This document shows, piece by piece, positions 37,044-45,567 of a stretch of 64,000 bases of DNA. Source of the DNA: Candidatus Uhrbacteria bacterium (GTDB lineage: Bacteria > Patescibacteriota > Patescibacteriia > JACQRZ01); NCBI GenBank assembly GCA_016206155.1, contig JACQSC010000010.1, positions 8,073-72,072 of the forward strand. The letters are read 5' to 3'. Every line of letters begins with the position of its first letter. Positions within the stretch are counted from its first letter, which is position 1. Made by a program: the position numbers and the translations under genes. A model generated the notes under the pieces. The model was not told where the DNA came from. It did no database searches and was given only the letters and a program-made list of their open reading frames with translations.

Positions 37044-38216
37044 ATGCTTCTTGTGTTTTTAGTTTCGCCGAACATGGTAGCCGCCGCCTCTGTCGGCTCC
37101 CCAAGCGTGTCTGGGGGCAGCGGTGTTATTCCTGAATTTTTTTTTCAAATCCCAATCGGGGGGCTGCGGTCAGTGATTGTCTGTGAAACCGGAAGCGACG
37201 GTAAACTGGCATGTCCCGGCATTGCAAAGTATGTCCAAGTCGTCTATCGCTTCCTGGTTGGGTTTGCTGCCGTGCTTGCGGTCCTTGCGCTCACCTGGGG
37301 CGGCGTGCGTTGGCTCATGTCGGGAGGGGACAGTAGCGCCATCCAGGAAGCAAAAAAAATCATGGGCAATGCCCTTATCGGCCTCCTTCTTGCGCTGGGG
37401 TCGTACGCGCTGCTTTTTACGCTTGGCAAACAATTTGTTGAGTATAAACCGATTAGCATACGGCGTATACAACTCATAATTCTCAACATTACGCCGACAA
37501 CGATATCGGCTGGCGGAACAAGCGCCACATACGATGTCAACAGGTTTGCCGCGTATGGGTTCCCTCCCCCAAATACAGAGCCGGATAAAAGCGGGAAAAA
37601 AATGGAAGGAGAGGCTTTGCGACGGTGGAACAAGTACAAGGATTTGGCAATGAAGGCATCAGTGGCAACGAGGACCGATATAGGATTTATCGGCATGTGG
37701 CCATTACTCGAAAATAGTTTTGATACATTTATGGATAACTGCGCCGACACTGACCACAATCCCAACACTCCCTGTGCATCGTGGGGTAGCAATTGGCAGG
37801 TCGGACTTGGAATTCATCCTGGAAATATGCCGTGGGCGTATGAAGACGGAGTTAGTGCAATGTATGGCAATACAAATGATGCTACTGTCCAGAACATTGG
37901 CCAGAGTGTTCTTGATACCGCAAAAGCCGCGGGAAGGCCACTCACGCTCGTCAGCGATCCGTTCCCAACAATCTCACTCAATAGCACGATCGATGCGGCA
38001 AAAAACGGCGATCAAAACGCTCGGCTTCTTATTGCAACACTTTCAAAAGATCCTGCTCTTGGTCTTTATCTTGTTGGCGCCCACTTTGGCTCAAAAGACG
38101 TTGGCAAAGAGCCAAAGAGTGAAATGGCGACAAGAATGAACAATTGGCCGCCTGCGGGTGCGTATACCCCCCAACGGATCAGTAATCTCATCAAGTCGAT
38201 CTATGACGCGAAATAG
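36993..38216 (+). CDS. VirB2/TrbC-like (T4SS) pilin with C-terminal putative lysozyme-like domain
   Basis: Pilin core Y...VY.FL.G.A.VLAV....GG..WL.S.G....I..AK....NA..GL..AL.SY.LL followed by about 230 aa of soluble domain; start uncertain (36921/36993/37038). Confidence 0.75.
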   Translation: MRDKTFFYWVLAFAGMTMLLVFLVSPNMVAAASVGSPSVSGGSGVIPEFFFQIPIGGLRSVIVCETGSDGKLACPGIAKYVQVVYRFLVGFAAVLAVLALTWGGVRWLMSGGDSSAIQEAKKIMGNALIGLLLALGSYALLFTLGKQFVEYKPISIRRIQLIILNITPTTISAGGTSATYDVNRFAAYGFPPPNTEPDKSGKKMEGEALRRWNKYKDLAMKASVATRTDIGFIGMWPLLENSFDTFMDNCADTDHNPNTPCASWGSNWQVGLGIHPGNMPWAYEDGVSAMYGNTNDATVQNIGQSVLDTAKAAGRPLTLVSDPFPTISLNSTIDAAKNGDQNARLLIATLSKDPALGLYLVGAHFGSKDVGKEPKSEMATRMNNWPPAGAYTPQRISNLIKSIYDAK

Positions 38217-39150
38217 GAAAAGGGTTGTATTGGCCACGGTTGGAATACTCGGGACAATCATAACGGCATATATTGGCACGTCTGTATTTGCGGCAGGCGC
38301 CAGTTTTCCATTGCAAATCCCAATTTCCGGCGAGGGTTCTATTGAGGTATGTGTCGGCAAAAAATGCGCCGGCATCGCAAAATACATTACCCTCATCTAT
38401 CGCGTTCTTATCGGTTTTGCCGCCGTTCTCGCGGTCCTCGCCATGACCTGGGGCGGCGTGCAGTGGCTTATTTCCCGCGGCGAAAGTGGCAAAATACAAG
38501 AAGCGCGGAAAATAATTGGCAACGCCCTTGTTGGCCTCCTCATTGCCCTCCTCTCATACGCCGGCCTTTGGGCAATCAATCCGTCATTCGTCCAATTTGG
38601 CCCCCTCACCATCGCCGCTATCAATAAAATAGATCTGGATATTGAGGCGGACGTTTCGAGCCATGCCGCTCTCGCGGGGCGATTTGCGCTTGGGGCAGGT
38701 GTTTCTGTGTCCGGATTTACCAATGTTAAGTTCGATCCCGACACAAAAAAAGATGTAGAAACGTCGGGTGTCATTACGCAACTCCTAGCCGATCTTCTAA
38801 GTGACATTGATAAAGCTGGCTATGCAGTGACCTTTTCCGCGATTGTAAGCGGTCATGGTCCAGGCAACACCTTCCATAATCCGGCTGGACGCGCCGCCGA
38901 TATTACTGGCGACCGGGCAACGCTTACTCGTCTTGCCGACTATTTGGGAACACGGCCGAATGTCAATGAGCTCTTCTACGCGTATAACACGGATCGAACA
39001 TTTAATGACTGTAATAAACAAGGTTCGGACTGGCTTAAAAATACTACGTACAAAAGGAAAGACGGAACCATAACAAATCTCTACGAAGCGCACAAAGACC
39101 ACCTCCACGTTGCGGTTGGCTGCGGAAGCGGCGCATTTCCCAAAAAATGA
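38203..39150 (+). CDS. VirB2/TrbC-like pilin with C-terminal M15/LAS-type Zn peptidase-like domain
   Basis: Same pilin core; C-domain FHNPAGRAAD ... HKDHLHV. Confidence 0.78.
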   Translation: MTRNRKRVVLATVGILGTIITAYIGTSVFAAGASFPLQIPISGEGSIEVCVGKKCAGIAKYITLIYRVLIGFAAVLAVLAMTWGGVQWLISRGESGKIQEARKIIGNALVGLLIALLSYAGLWAINPSFVQFGPLTIAAINKIDLDIEADVSSHAALAGRFALGAGVSVSGFTNVKFDPDTKKDVETSGVITQLLADLLSDIDKAGYAVTFSAIVSGHGPGNTFHNPAGRAADITGDRATLTRLADYLGTRPNVNELFYAYNTDRTFNDCNKQGSDWLKNTTYKRKDGTITNLYEAHKDHLHVAVGCGSGAFPKK

Positions 39151-39263
39151 AAAACGTATCCAGCCCAATTAAGGATTCTTGCGACGGAACAAAAAGCTTT
39201 GTGCCGTAGTAAAAAAATAGCATGGCAGCGCATGGGCGAGCCGGTGGTTTGGGTTTTAACACT

Positions 39264-39698
39264 ATGAAGAAAGCTCTCTTGTTCGTTTTTGCTCTCTCTC
39301 TATTTATCGCTACAACGTTCCTGTCTCCCGCTTCTGCAGGTGATGTTTCAGTTCAGCTTGAGATCCCTATTCCCGATATCGGTCAGTCACTTCCCGTCTG
39401 CACGACGAGGGAAACGAATCGTGCATGCGCCGGCATTGAGGAATACTTGTCCGCTATCTATCGCTGGCTTATTGGAATCACGGCAGTTCTTGCGGTGGTC
39501 GCGCTCACTTGGGGCGGAGTTCGCTGGTTGACATCGTCAGGAGACAAGGGTGTAATTCAAGATGCAAAAAAAGTCATAATCAATGCCGTTATCGGTATTC
39601 TTGTCGCGCTTAGCTCCTACTCACTTCTATGGGCAATTAACCCCAATCTCGCGCAGTTTGAGCCACTGAGAATAACACAATACGACCAAAAGCGCTGA
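39264..39698 (+). CDS. VirB2/TrbC-like pilin (core only)
   Basis: Signal peptide MKKALLFV..ASA, LEIPIP..C..CAGI, pilin core ending LWAINPNL. Confidence 0.8.
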   Translation: MKKALLFVFALSLFIATTFLSPASAGDVSVQLEIPIPDIGQSLPVCTTRETNRACAGIEEYLSAIYRWLIGITAVLAVVALTWGGVRWLTSSGDKGVIQDAKKVIINAVIGILVALSSYSLLWAINPNLAQFEPLRITQYDQKR

Positions 39699-39701
39699 TT
39701 T

Positions 39702-39926
39702 CAGAAATGGTGCAGAAATGGCAGAAATGGTGTCACAGAAATGGGAAATGGTGGTAATGGGAAATGGTGGGAAATGGTGTCAGGTCTGGTTTTCTATAGC
39801 CCACGAAGTAATAATGGGGTCAGAATATAATGGGGTCAGGAGCCATTAATTTAATGGCTCCTGACCCCATTATTCTGACCCCATTATTCCCCATTATTCC
39901 CATTATTACTCCTGACCCCATTATTC
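39702..39926. repeat. Dense cluster of GAAATGG(TGTC) and ATAATGGGGTCAG/CTGACCCCATTAT repeats
   Basis: About eight (G)AAATGG units at 39702-39785; perfect 23-bp-arm palindrome 39827-39849/39851-39873; trailing CCCATTATT units. Confidence 0.9.
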
Positions 39927-40002
39927 ATTCACTTGACCAAAAAATCAATGCCTCTTTCTGCCACCATCTGCTAAAATTGTGATGAAATAGGCGGGAGGGA
40001 TG

Positions 40003-41829
40003 TCATGGTACCGGCATGAAATCAGAGAGCTTCAAAGGCTTTTTCGTATTGATGGATGGACAGCACTGTGGATCATCGGGAGCATGAATCACGGCCTCAA
40101 CTTCTACGACGCCATCCTCGACGGAAATATCTCTGACAACATCTCTATCATTGAACACATAATCGCCTGCATGCCGATACGTGCCGTCGACCATGGAAAG
40201 CATTGCTGCAAGATGAATGTAATATCCAGTGCCGCCATAATTCGCGCCAAGGACAGCGACCCCGTCTTGAATGCCATCATTATTAAGGTCGCCAAGAGCA
40301 CCATTCTCATAGCGGACATAATAAGGACCGTCATACGTATCATATGAATTTATTCTCTCGCGCTCGTCAGGAGTGAGCGCTGAATGAAATGAATGAAATC
40401 CATTGATGAGTTGTATCGGCTTATGATCAATAGTATAGAGTGCATTTTTCAGTGTTGACATCATGGCCTGTGAATTATCGCTGTTTGCGATATTCGCAAA
40501 AGACATGCCATATGCTCCCAATGCTCCACTTGTAAGAATACCCATGACCAAAAAGAAGAGTAACAATTTCCACCCATTCTGGTCAATCCCTTTGCGGTAA
40601 ACTTTCATAACAGCATCTCTGTATTGCGTATCGCCATTCTTATGATACGCCTCAACCGCTTCATCCCACGTTTTCCAATTGCGCTGATTATTCTTTACAT
40701 ATTGAGCCTTGTGAAATAACCATCGTACACCCCAGTGGATGCTATCTTTCGGCTCTTTTATTTCAATGGGTTGATCGAATGCCATGACAACGGATTTCCC
40801 CTGTTGATCATTCCATTCATTTTCCACAAATCCTTTTTCTGATTTCAGTACATGAATCGCGGGATTCCTAACATCACCAACCTGCATGATGTCGGGAAAA
40901 GGAGGATAATTCACTGCGTTTGCCCCATATCCAAGACGTGATTCTTGATAGGCTATTGCCTTAACAAGCGAGGGGTCAAGCGGCTCGGGCACCGGATTCT
41001 TTTTCTTTAAAAAATGCTCATTCCAGTAATGAACGACCTCTCCAATGATCGTATCATAGGCGTTATAATCCTGATTCGCCGGTCCCGGTCTATATGCATG
41101 AGGAGTGGCGAATGCGCCATTTACCACACATGTTATTTCTCGAATAAAGGGGGTGCCGTCCCCGTCAATATCAAATCGCCGCGGCTGCTGGCCGTCAGTA
41201 AATGAGCGGGTGAATGTTTTTGAGGAGCCTTTGAGTGTTTTTCCGCACAAATACCAATCACGATGAGCGCCCTTGTCGTTATTTCTTTCCGTGGCTCCAT
41301 CGATACGAAGACGAATATCGTCGTCATCGAAGCGCTTCTCTGCGTGCGCCGTCATAGTAAAAGAAGAAACACTAATCGTGTCTTTAACAACAAGCACCAG
41401 CCACGGAATACGATCACGATCGGGGGAACTCATTGATGGTATCGTCAGCTTTCCATCATCAATGTCATACAGTGCTAGCGATCCAACGGTTGGCGTTCCG
41501 TGCACAATCAATGAAAGCGAATGACTGCCTTTCGCAAGGGATACAAGAACGAAAAGAGTCAGCTCGTGTCCCTTTAATACATTCCCATTCCAAAAATCTC
41601 CCGCTAATAACCGTTGCTTTTTAGCGGATGGAACAATCTCGGCACCGTCAACGTGAATAGTAAGGCTGTCCTTTTTTGGCAACGAACGTCCGGTACGGGT
41701 ATTTTGCCACCAGCTTTTTGCGGACGCTTGCACAACAACACAATAGATGCCGTCGCGATCTATGATGAATTCCCGGTTGTATATGCTGGTAAATTCCTTG
41801 TTAAAGATCGTTTTACTTATCTGTTTCAT
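40003..41829 (-). CDS. Membrane protein with lytic transglycosylase (SLT)-like domain
   Basis: Start reassigned to MKQIS (the extension overlaps radA). DPSLVKAIAYQES, DIMQV, P.DSIHWGVRWL, W.EAVEAY; then one TM and a GDLNNDG..DDPQCCPS domain. Confidence 0.75.
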   Translation of the reverse strand: MKQISKTIFNKEFTSIYNREFIIDRDGIYCVVVQASAKSWWQNTRTGRSLPKKDSLTIHVDGAEIVPSAKKQRLLAGDFWNGNVLKGHELTLFVLVSLAKGSHSLSLIVHGTPTVGSLALYDIDDGKLTIPSMSSPDRDRIPWLVLVVKDTISVSSFTMTAHAEKRFDDDDIRLRIDGATERNNDKGAHRDWYLCGKTLKGSSKTFTRSFTDGQQPRRFDIDGDGTPFIREITCVVNGAFATPHAYRPGPANQDYNAYDTIIGEVVHYWNEHFLKKKNPVPEPLDPSLVKAIAYQESRLGYGANAVNYPPFPDIMQVGDVRNPAIHVLKSEKGFVENEWNDQQGKSVVMAFDQPIEIKEPKDSIHWGVRWLFHKAQYVKNNQRNWKTWDEAVEAYHKNGDTQYRDAVMKVYRKGIDQNGWKLLLFFLVMGILTSGALGAYGMSFANIANSDNSQAMMSTLKNALYTIDHKPIQLINGFHSFHSALTPDERERINSYDTYDGPYYVRYENGALGDLNNDGIQDGVAVLGANYGGTGYYIHLAAMLSMVDGTYRHAGDYVFNDRDVVRDISVEDGVVEVEAVIHAPDDPQCCPSINTKKPLKLSDFMPVP

Positions 41830-41918
41830 ACGTATGATCGATATGACCACAACGCCGATTGTAAAAATTTTGGTACCGCCATATACTATTAGTATACCAT
41901 ATTTTAAGCAAAAAATCA

Positions 41919-43343
41919 ATGGCTCTTTCTGTCTATATCTGCTCGAATTGCGATGCGCAAAGCCCGAAATGGGCAGGGCGGTGCTTGGAGTGCGGATCGT
42001 GGGGAACGCTTGCGCAAGGAATCGCAGATGAAAAAACCAGCGGAAAAAAATCAACCGCAGGCATAGCGCCAGCAGACGCAATTCCCTTCTCGCAGATTTC
42101 AAACGAACATGTCCCGCGCCGCTCCACCGGCATTGCCGAAGTTGATCAAGTTTTGGGTGGCGGTATCGTTCCGGGAAGTTTGATTTTACTTGGCGGAGAG
42201 CCGGGGATTGGGAAGAGTACGATTTTAGGACAGCTTGCGTGCTCAATTTCACAACAAAAAAACTCCGTCATCTATTGCTCTGGGGAGGAGTCGGCCCAGC
42301 AAGTCAAAATGCGGTTTGACAGGATCAAAGCACTGGATCCCGGCCTGCGCCGGGATGACAAAGGGAGCGGGGCTGACACCCTCCTCTTCATCGGTGAAAC
42401 CAACTGCGAAAAAATCTGCGGTGCGCTTCGTCATCATAAACCGACGCTCGCAATCGTTGACTCCATACAAACTATCGCCTCTTCCGATATTCCTTCAGAA
42501 GCGGGAAGTATCGCGCAAGTACGCGCATGCACAGTCAAACTCCTTGAAGTCGCAAAGCAGGAAAACATCCCAATCATTATTACCGGCCATGTCACAAAAG
42601 AAGGCGGTGTTGCCGGTCCCAAAACTCTTGAACATCTTGTTGACACAGTCCTCTATCTTGAGGGGGATGCAAGCCAGTATTTTCGCCTATTGAAAACAGT
42701 AAAAAATCGCTTTGGCTCGACAAATGAGATTGGCGTCTTTGAAATGACTGGCGCAGGGTTAGTTGAAGTAAAAAATCCGTCAGAGCTTTTTCTCTCGTCA
42801 GAAAACGAACACGCGGCAGGCACTGCAACGACTGCGGTTGTAGAAGGATCGCGCGCGTTTCTCGTTCCCATTCAGGCGCTGACGAGCAAGACATATTTCG
42901 GCTACCCCCAACGAAAAAGCATCGGCATAGACGCCAATCGCCTCGGACTTCTTGTCGCGGTGCTTTCAAAACGTCTTGGGGTTAATCTTGGCGATCAGGA
43001 TATTCATGTCAACGTTGTCGGAGGCCTCAGAATATCCGAGCCTGCCGCAGACCTCGCGGTATGCGCAAGTATTCTCTCCTCGTACAAAGGGAAAATGGTG
43101 TCAGGTACCATTTTTGAAGAAATGGAACCAGACACCATTTTACCAGACACCATTTTGCCGACTATTTTCTTTGGCGAGGTTGGCCTCACAGGAGAAGTGC
43201 GTCCCGTAAGTCACACTGAGAAGCGACTCAAGGAAGCGGAGAAGCTCGGCTTCAAGACTGCGTATATTCCGAAGCAGTCAAAAAAAATCTCAACAAGCAT
43301 TCAGCTTGTTGAGATTAAAAACGTCCGCGAGTTGGAAATTTAA
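41919..43343 (+). CDS. radA: DNA repair protein RadA/Sms
   Basis: CxxC..KWAGRCxxC, GGEPGIGKST, SGEES, VDSIQT, GHVTKEG..AGPK.LEH.VD, KNRFG, GEVGLTGEVRPV. Confidence 0.97.
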   Translation: MALSVYICSNCDAQSPKWAGRCLECGSWGTLAQGIADEKTSGKKSTAGIAPADAIPFSQISNEHVPRRSTGIAEVDQVLGGGIVPGSLILLGGEPGIGKSTILGQLACSISQQKNSVIYCSGEESAQQVKMRFDRIKALDPGLRRDDKGSGADTLLFIGETNCEKICGALRHHKPTLAIVDSIQTIASSDIPSEAGSIAQVRACTVKLLEVAKQENIPIIITGHVTKEGGVAGPKTLEHLVDTVLYLEGDASQYFRLLKTVKNRFGSTNEIGVFEMTGAGLVEVKNPSELFLSSENEHAAGTATTAVVEGSRAFLVPIQALTSKTYFGYPQRKSIGIDANRLGLLVAVLSKRLGVNLGDQDIHVNVVGGLRISEPAADLAVCASILSSYKGKMVSGTIFEEMEPDTILPDTILPTIFFGEVGLTGEVRPVSHTEKRLKEAEKLGFKTAYIPKQSKKISTSIQLVEIKNVRELEI

Positions 43344-43363
43344 TTTTGAAGAAGGCCAAAGTA

Positions 43364-45505
43364 TTACTTCCTCAACAGCCCGCCCCACTCAACAAGCGTA
43401 AAGCCATTGCGAGGGATGCTGCTGAGAGCCTGAGGCCGCATCACAACGGGCTTATCAAGCCCATCGAAGTCCAAGAATATGCGAATCACTGTGTCTGGCT
43501 TTGGCGTTACGGAAAGCGGCGCAAGCGCGTTCATCTCGCGCGTGCCAAGCCAACTCAAGCGCGTGTACGGTGTCGTTGGCATCTTTGACAGCCAGAATTC
43601 CAAGAAATCGGCAGCTTCTTTTTCATTAAGCCCAAGCTGTGCAAGGTGTTCTCGCAACGTGCCTTCAAGCTGATCTTTTGCAACGACGAATCCTCGTGTG
43701 ATGGTCGGATACTGCTTTCCGGTCCCCTCCCAGAACAGCGATGAGTATGTCCCGCTCGCATGCTGCAACGTTCCATCGGGATACGCGCGAACCTGCCAGC
43801 CATTTCCGTACGCCGGCTCAGAGATGCGGATCTCCGCATCAACCGCCACCGATACATCTGTTGGCGTTGTCGGATAGAGGTAGATGACGGGCTTGCCGCA
43901 TTCGACGGCAGGACCGTACGTTGTGTTATTGTATACGACATAGCGATTGAGCGCGTCTTTCACCATAATCACGGGCCGCTTTGCCAGAAACTGTTCATAG
44001 CTTAACTTCTTGCTTTCCCCGTCTGCATAATATGCGCCGCCCGACATCTCGTACAGCGCCCGCTCAACGGAATTGGCTCCTGCCTTAAACGCGTATACGG
44101 TTTTGTTCCCTGCTCCGGTGCCAATCTTAGTGATGTTAGAAATCGAAGCATCACCAAGCACTGGCGTGAACGATCCGCCACCACACCCACCGGTTGCAAG
44201 TTCCTCATACCCGTCGGTATTTTTTATGCCATTATTCCACTTAATGCTGGGAACGCCATCATCACCCCCGAGCTCATTCTTGGTATAATCGTAAGAATAT
44301 TCAATGCCATTGGGCGCCTTTAAGACAAACGTCTGCACGCGCAATGGTTCGATTGATCCTGGCCCATCAACGGAATACAGCGTGCCGTTTGCCGTACTTG
44401 CAACCTGCGTACGCGTTGTCTTAAATTCAGGTTCTGCGTAGCGAGAATCGCCGCGGTTCAATGTAACTCCTTTATACGCAATCGTATCAGGCGCTTTAAT
44501 GGATGGATAGAAGGTCGTGGTGTTAATCCTCACGTTCCGGTCAACGACACCGCCAAACACCTTTCCGGTATCCTTATCATACACCTCGGAGTTGCGGGCA
44601 ATAAATTCATAGTTCCCGCCTGCATCCAAAAAGTACGCGTGGTAATCCTCGAACGAAGGTCCGTCCGGAGGAATCGCTGCAAGCAAAACATCGCGTCCGT
44701 TATCGCTGCCTGTTTTGTAATAGGTGACCTCCTCCCCGTTTGTTTGCAGGAAGAGGTGTGGCGGATTAGATAGTTTTTGTGGCGTGGAAAGCCATGTTAC
44801 TCCTGACTCCGGCGTTTGTGGAGCAGAAAATATTTGACCAGATGTTGAAAAATAGGGCGCATATGCTTGCGGGATGTTGCTGATATCTCGATTGGTAATG
44901 CCAAGCCCGAGTTCGCGCATGATGTTAAACGCATCCGACGGTCGGCCGAGAAAATAGCGCCTGCTATCTACTGGATTGACATACCATGCCTCACCGTTTC
45001 GTTGAGTCTGAAGCAAAATTTTCCCATGAAGGCGCCGAGTAAGGCTCGTATCTATTGGTAAAGCTCCCGATCCAAGCGGATCAAGATTTTCTTGAAGCTC
45101 AACGTCATCGCGATATCCGTCATAATCCGTGTCAGCGGCCTGTGGATTCATGCCAAGAGTTTCCTCCAGATTGTTTGGAACACCATCCATGTCAGAATCA
45201 TTAAAACGACCGCCACCCATGGTATCGCGTGCGACGCCAACAGGAATTTTGCGCAAATCCGAATTTGAAATGCCAAGACCCAAGCTGTTCATGAGCTCAA
45301 ACGCGTCAGATGGCCGACCCATATATATGCGGCTTCCGGTGTCGGGCCTGATATACCACGCTTCGCCAAGACTCTCAACCTGAAGAACGATTCTTCCCTT
45401 GAGACGATCGGTCAATGTCGCGGCACTTGCCGACAACACAAACGCGCCAAGAACAACCGCTCCGAGGGTTATCAGTCCCGTTCCTAACAAAAGACGATTT
45501 TTCAT
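43364..45505 (-). CDS. Secreted surface protein: tandem GRI.LQVE..GEAWY domains, Ca-binding repeats, C-terminal KPVIYLYP domain
   Basis: Signal peptide; two GrIlLQ..GEAWY..P......GRP.DAF..M..LGLGI.N repeats flanking DSDMDG/DTDYDG; C-terminal KPVIYLYP...LFWEG...LGL...E..DF..FW...VEWGG. Confidence 0.8.
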   Translation of the reverse strand: MKNRLLLGTGLITLGAVVLGAFVLSASAATLTDRLKGRIVLQVESLGEAWYIRPDTGSRIYMGRPSDAFELMNSLGLGISNSDLRKIPVGVARDTMGGGRFNDSDMDGVPNNLEETLGMNPQAADTDYDGYRDDVELQENLDPLGSGALPIDTSLTRRLHGKILLQTQRNGEAWYVNPVDSRRYFLGRPSDAFNIMRELGLGITNRDISNIPQAYAPYFSTSGQIFSAPQTPESGVTWLSTPQKLSNPPHLFLQTNGEEVTYYKTGSDNGRDVLLAAIPPDGPSFEDYHAYFLDAGGNYEFIARNSEVYDKDTGKVFGGVVDRNVRINTTTFYPSIKAPDTIAYKGVTLNRGDSRYAEPEFKTTRTQVASTANGTLYSVDGPGSIEPLRVQTFVLKAPNGIEYSYDYTKNELGGDDGVPSIKWNNGIKNTDGYEELATGGCGGGSFTPVLGDASISNITKIGTGAGNKTVYAFKAGANSVERALYEMSGGAYYADGESKKLSYEQFLAKRPVIMVKDALNRYVVYNNTTYGPAVECGKPVIYLYPTTPTDVSVAVDAEIRISEPAYGNGWQVRAYPDGTLQHASGTYSSLFWEGTGKQYPTITRGFVVAKDQLEGTLREHLAQLGLNEKEAADFLEFWLSKMPTTPYTRLSWLGTREMNALAPLSVTPKPDTVIRIFLDFDGLDKPVVMRPQALSSIPRNGFTLVEWGGLLRK

Positions 45506-45553
45506 AATTCTTAATTCTTAATTCTTAATTCTTAATTCTTAATTCTTAATTCT
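45505..45553. repeat. Perfect 7-bp array (TAATTCT)x7
   Basis: Seven exact units that run into the ATG of 43364-45505. Confidence 0.92.
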
Positions 45554-45567
45554 ATTAGTATAGCACA

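Noticed and set aside
39702-39926. CRISPR array
   Set aside because: Units are 7-13 bp and irregular, with no unique constant-length spacers; no cas genes in the window.
41830-42252. Extension of the 749-aa ORF
   Set aside because: It is antisense to the conserved radA 5' end; the paralog alignment supports the start at 41829.
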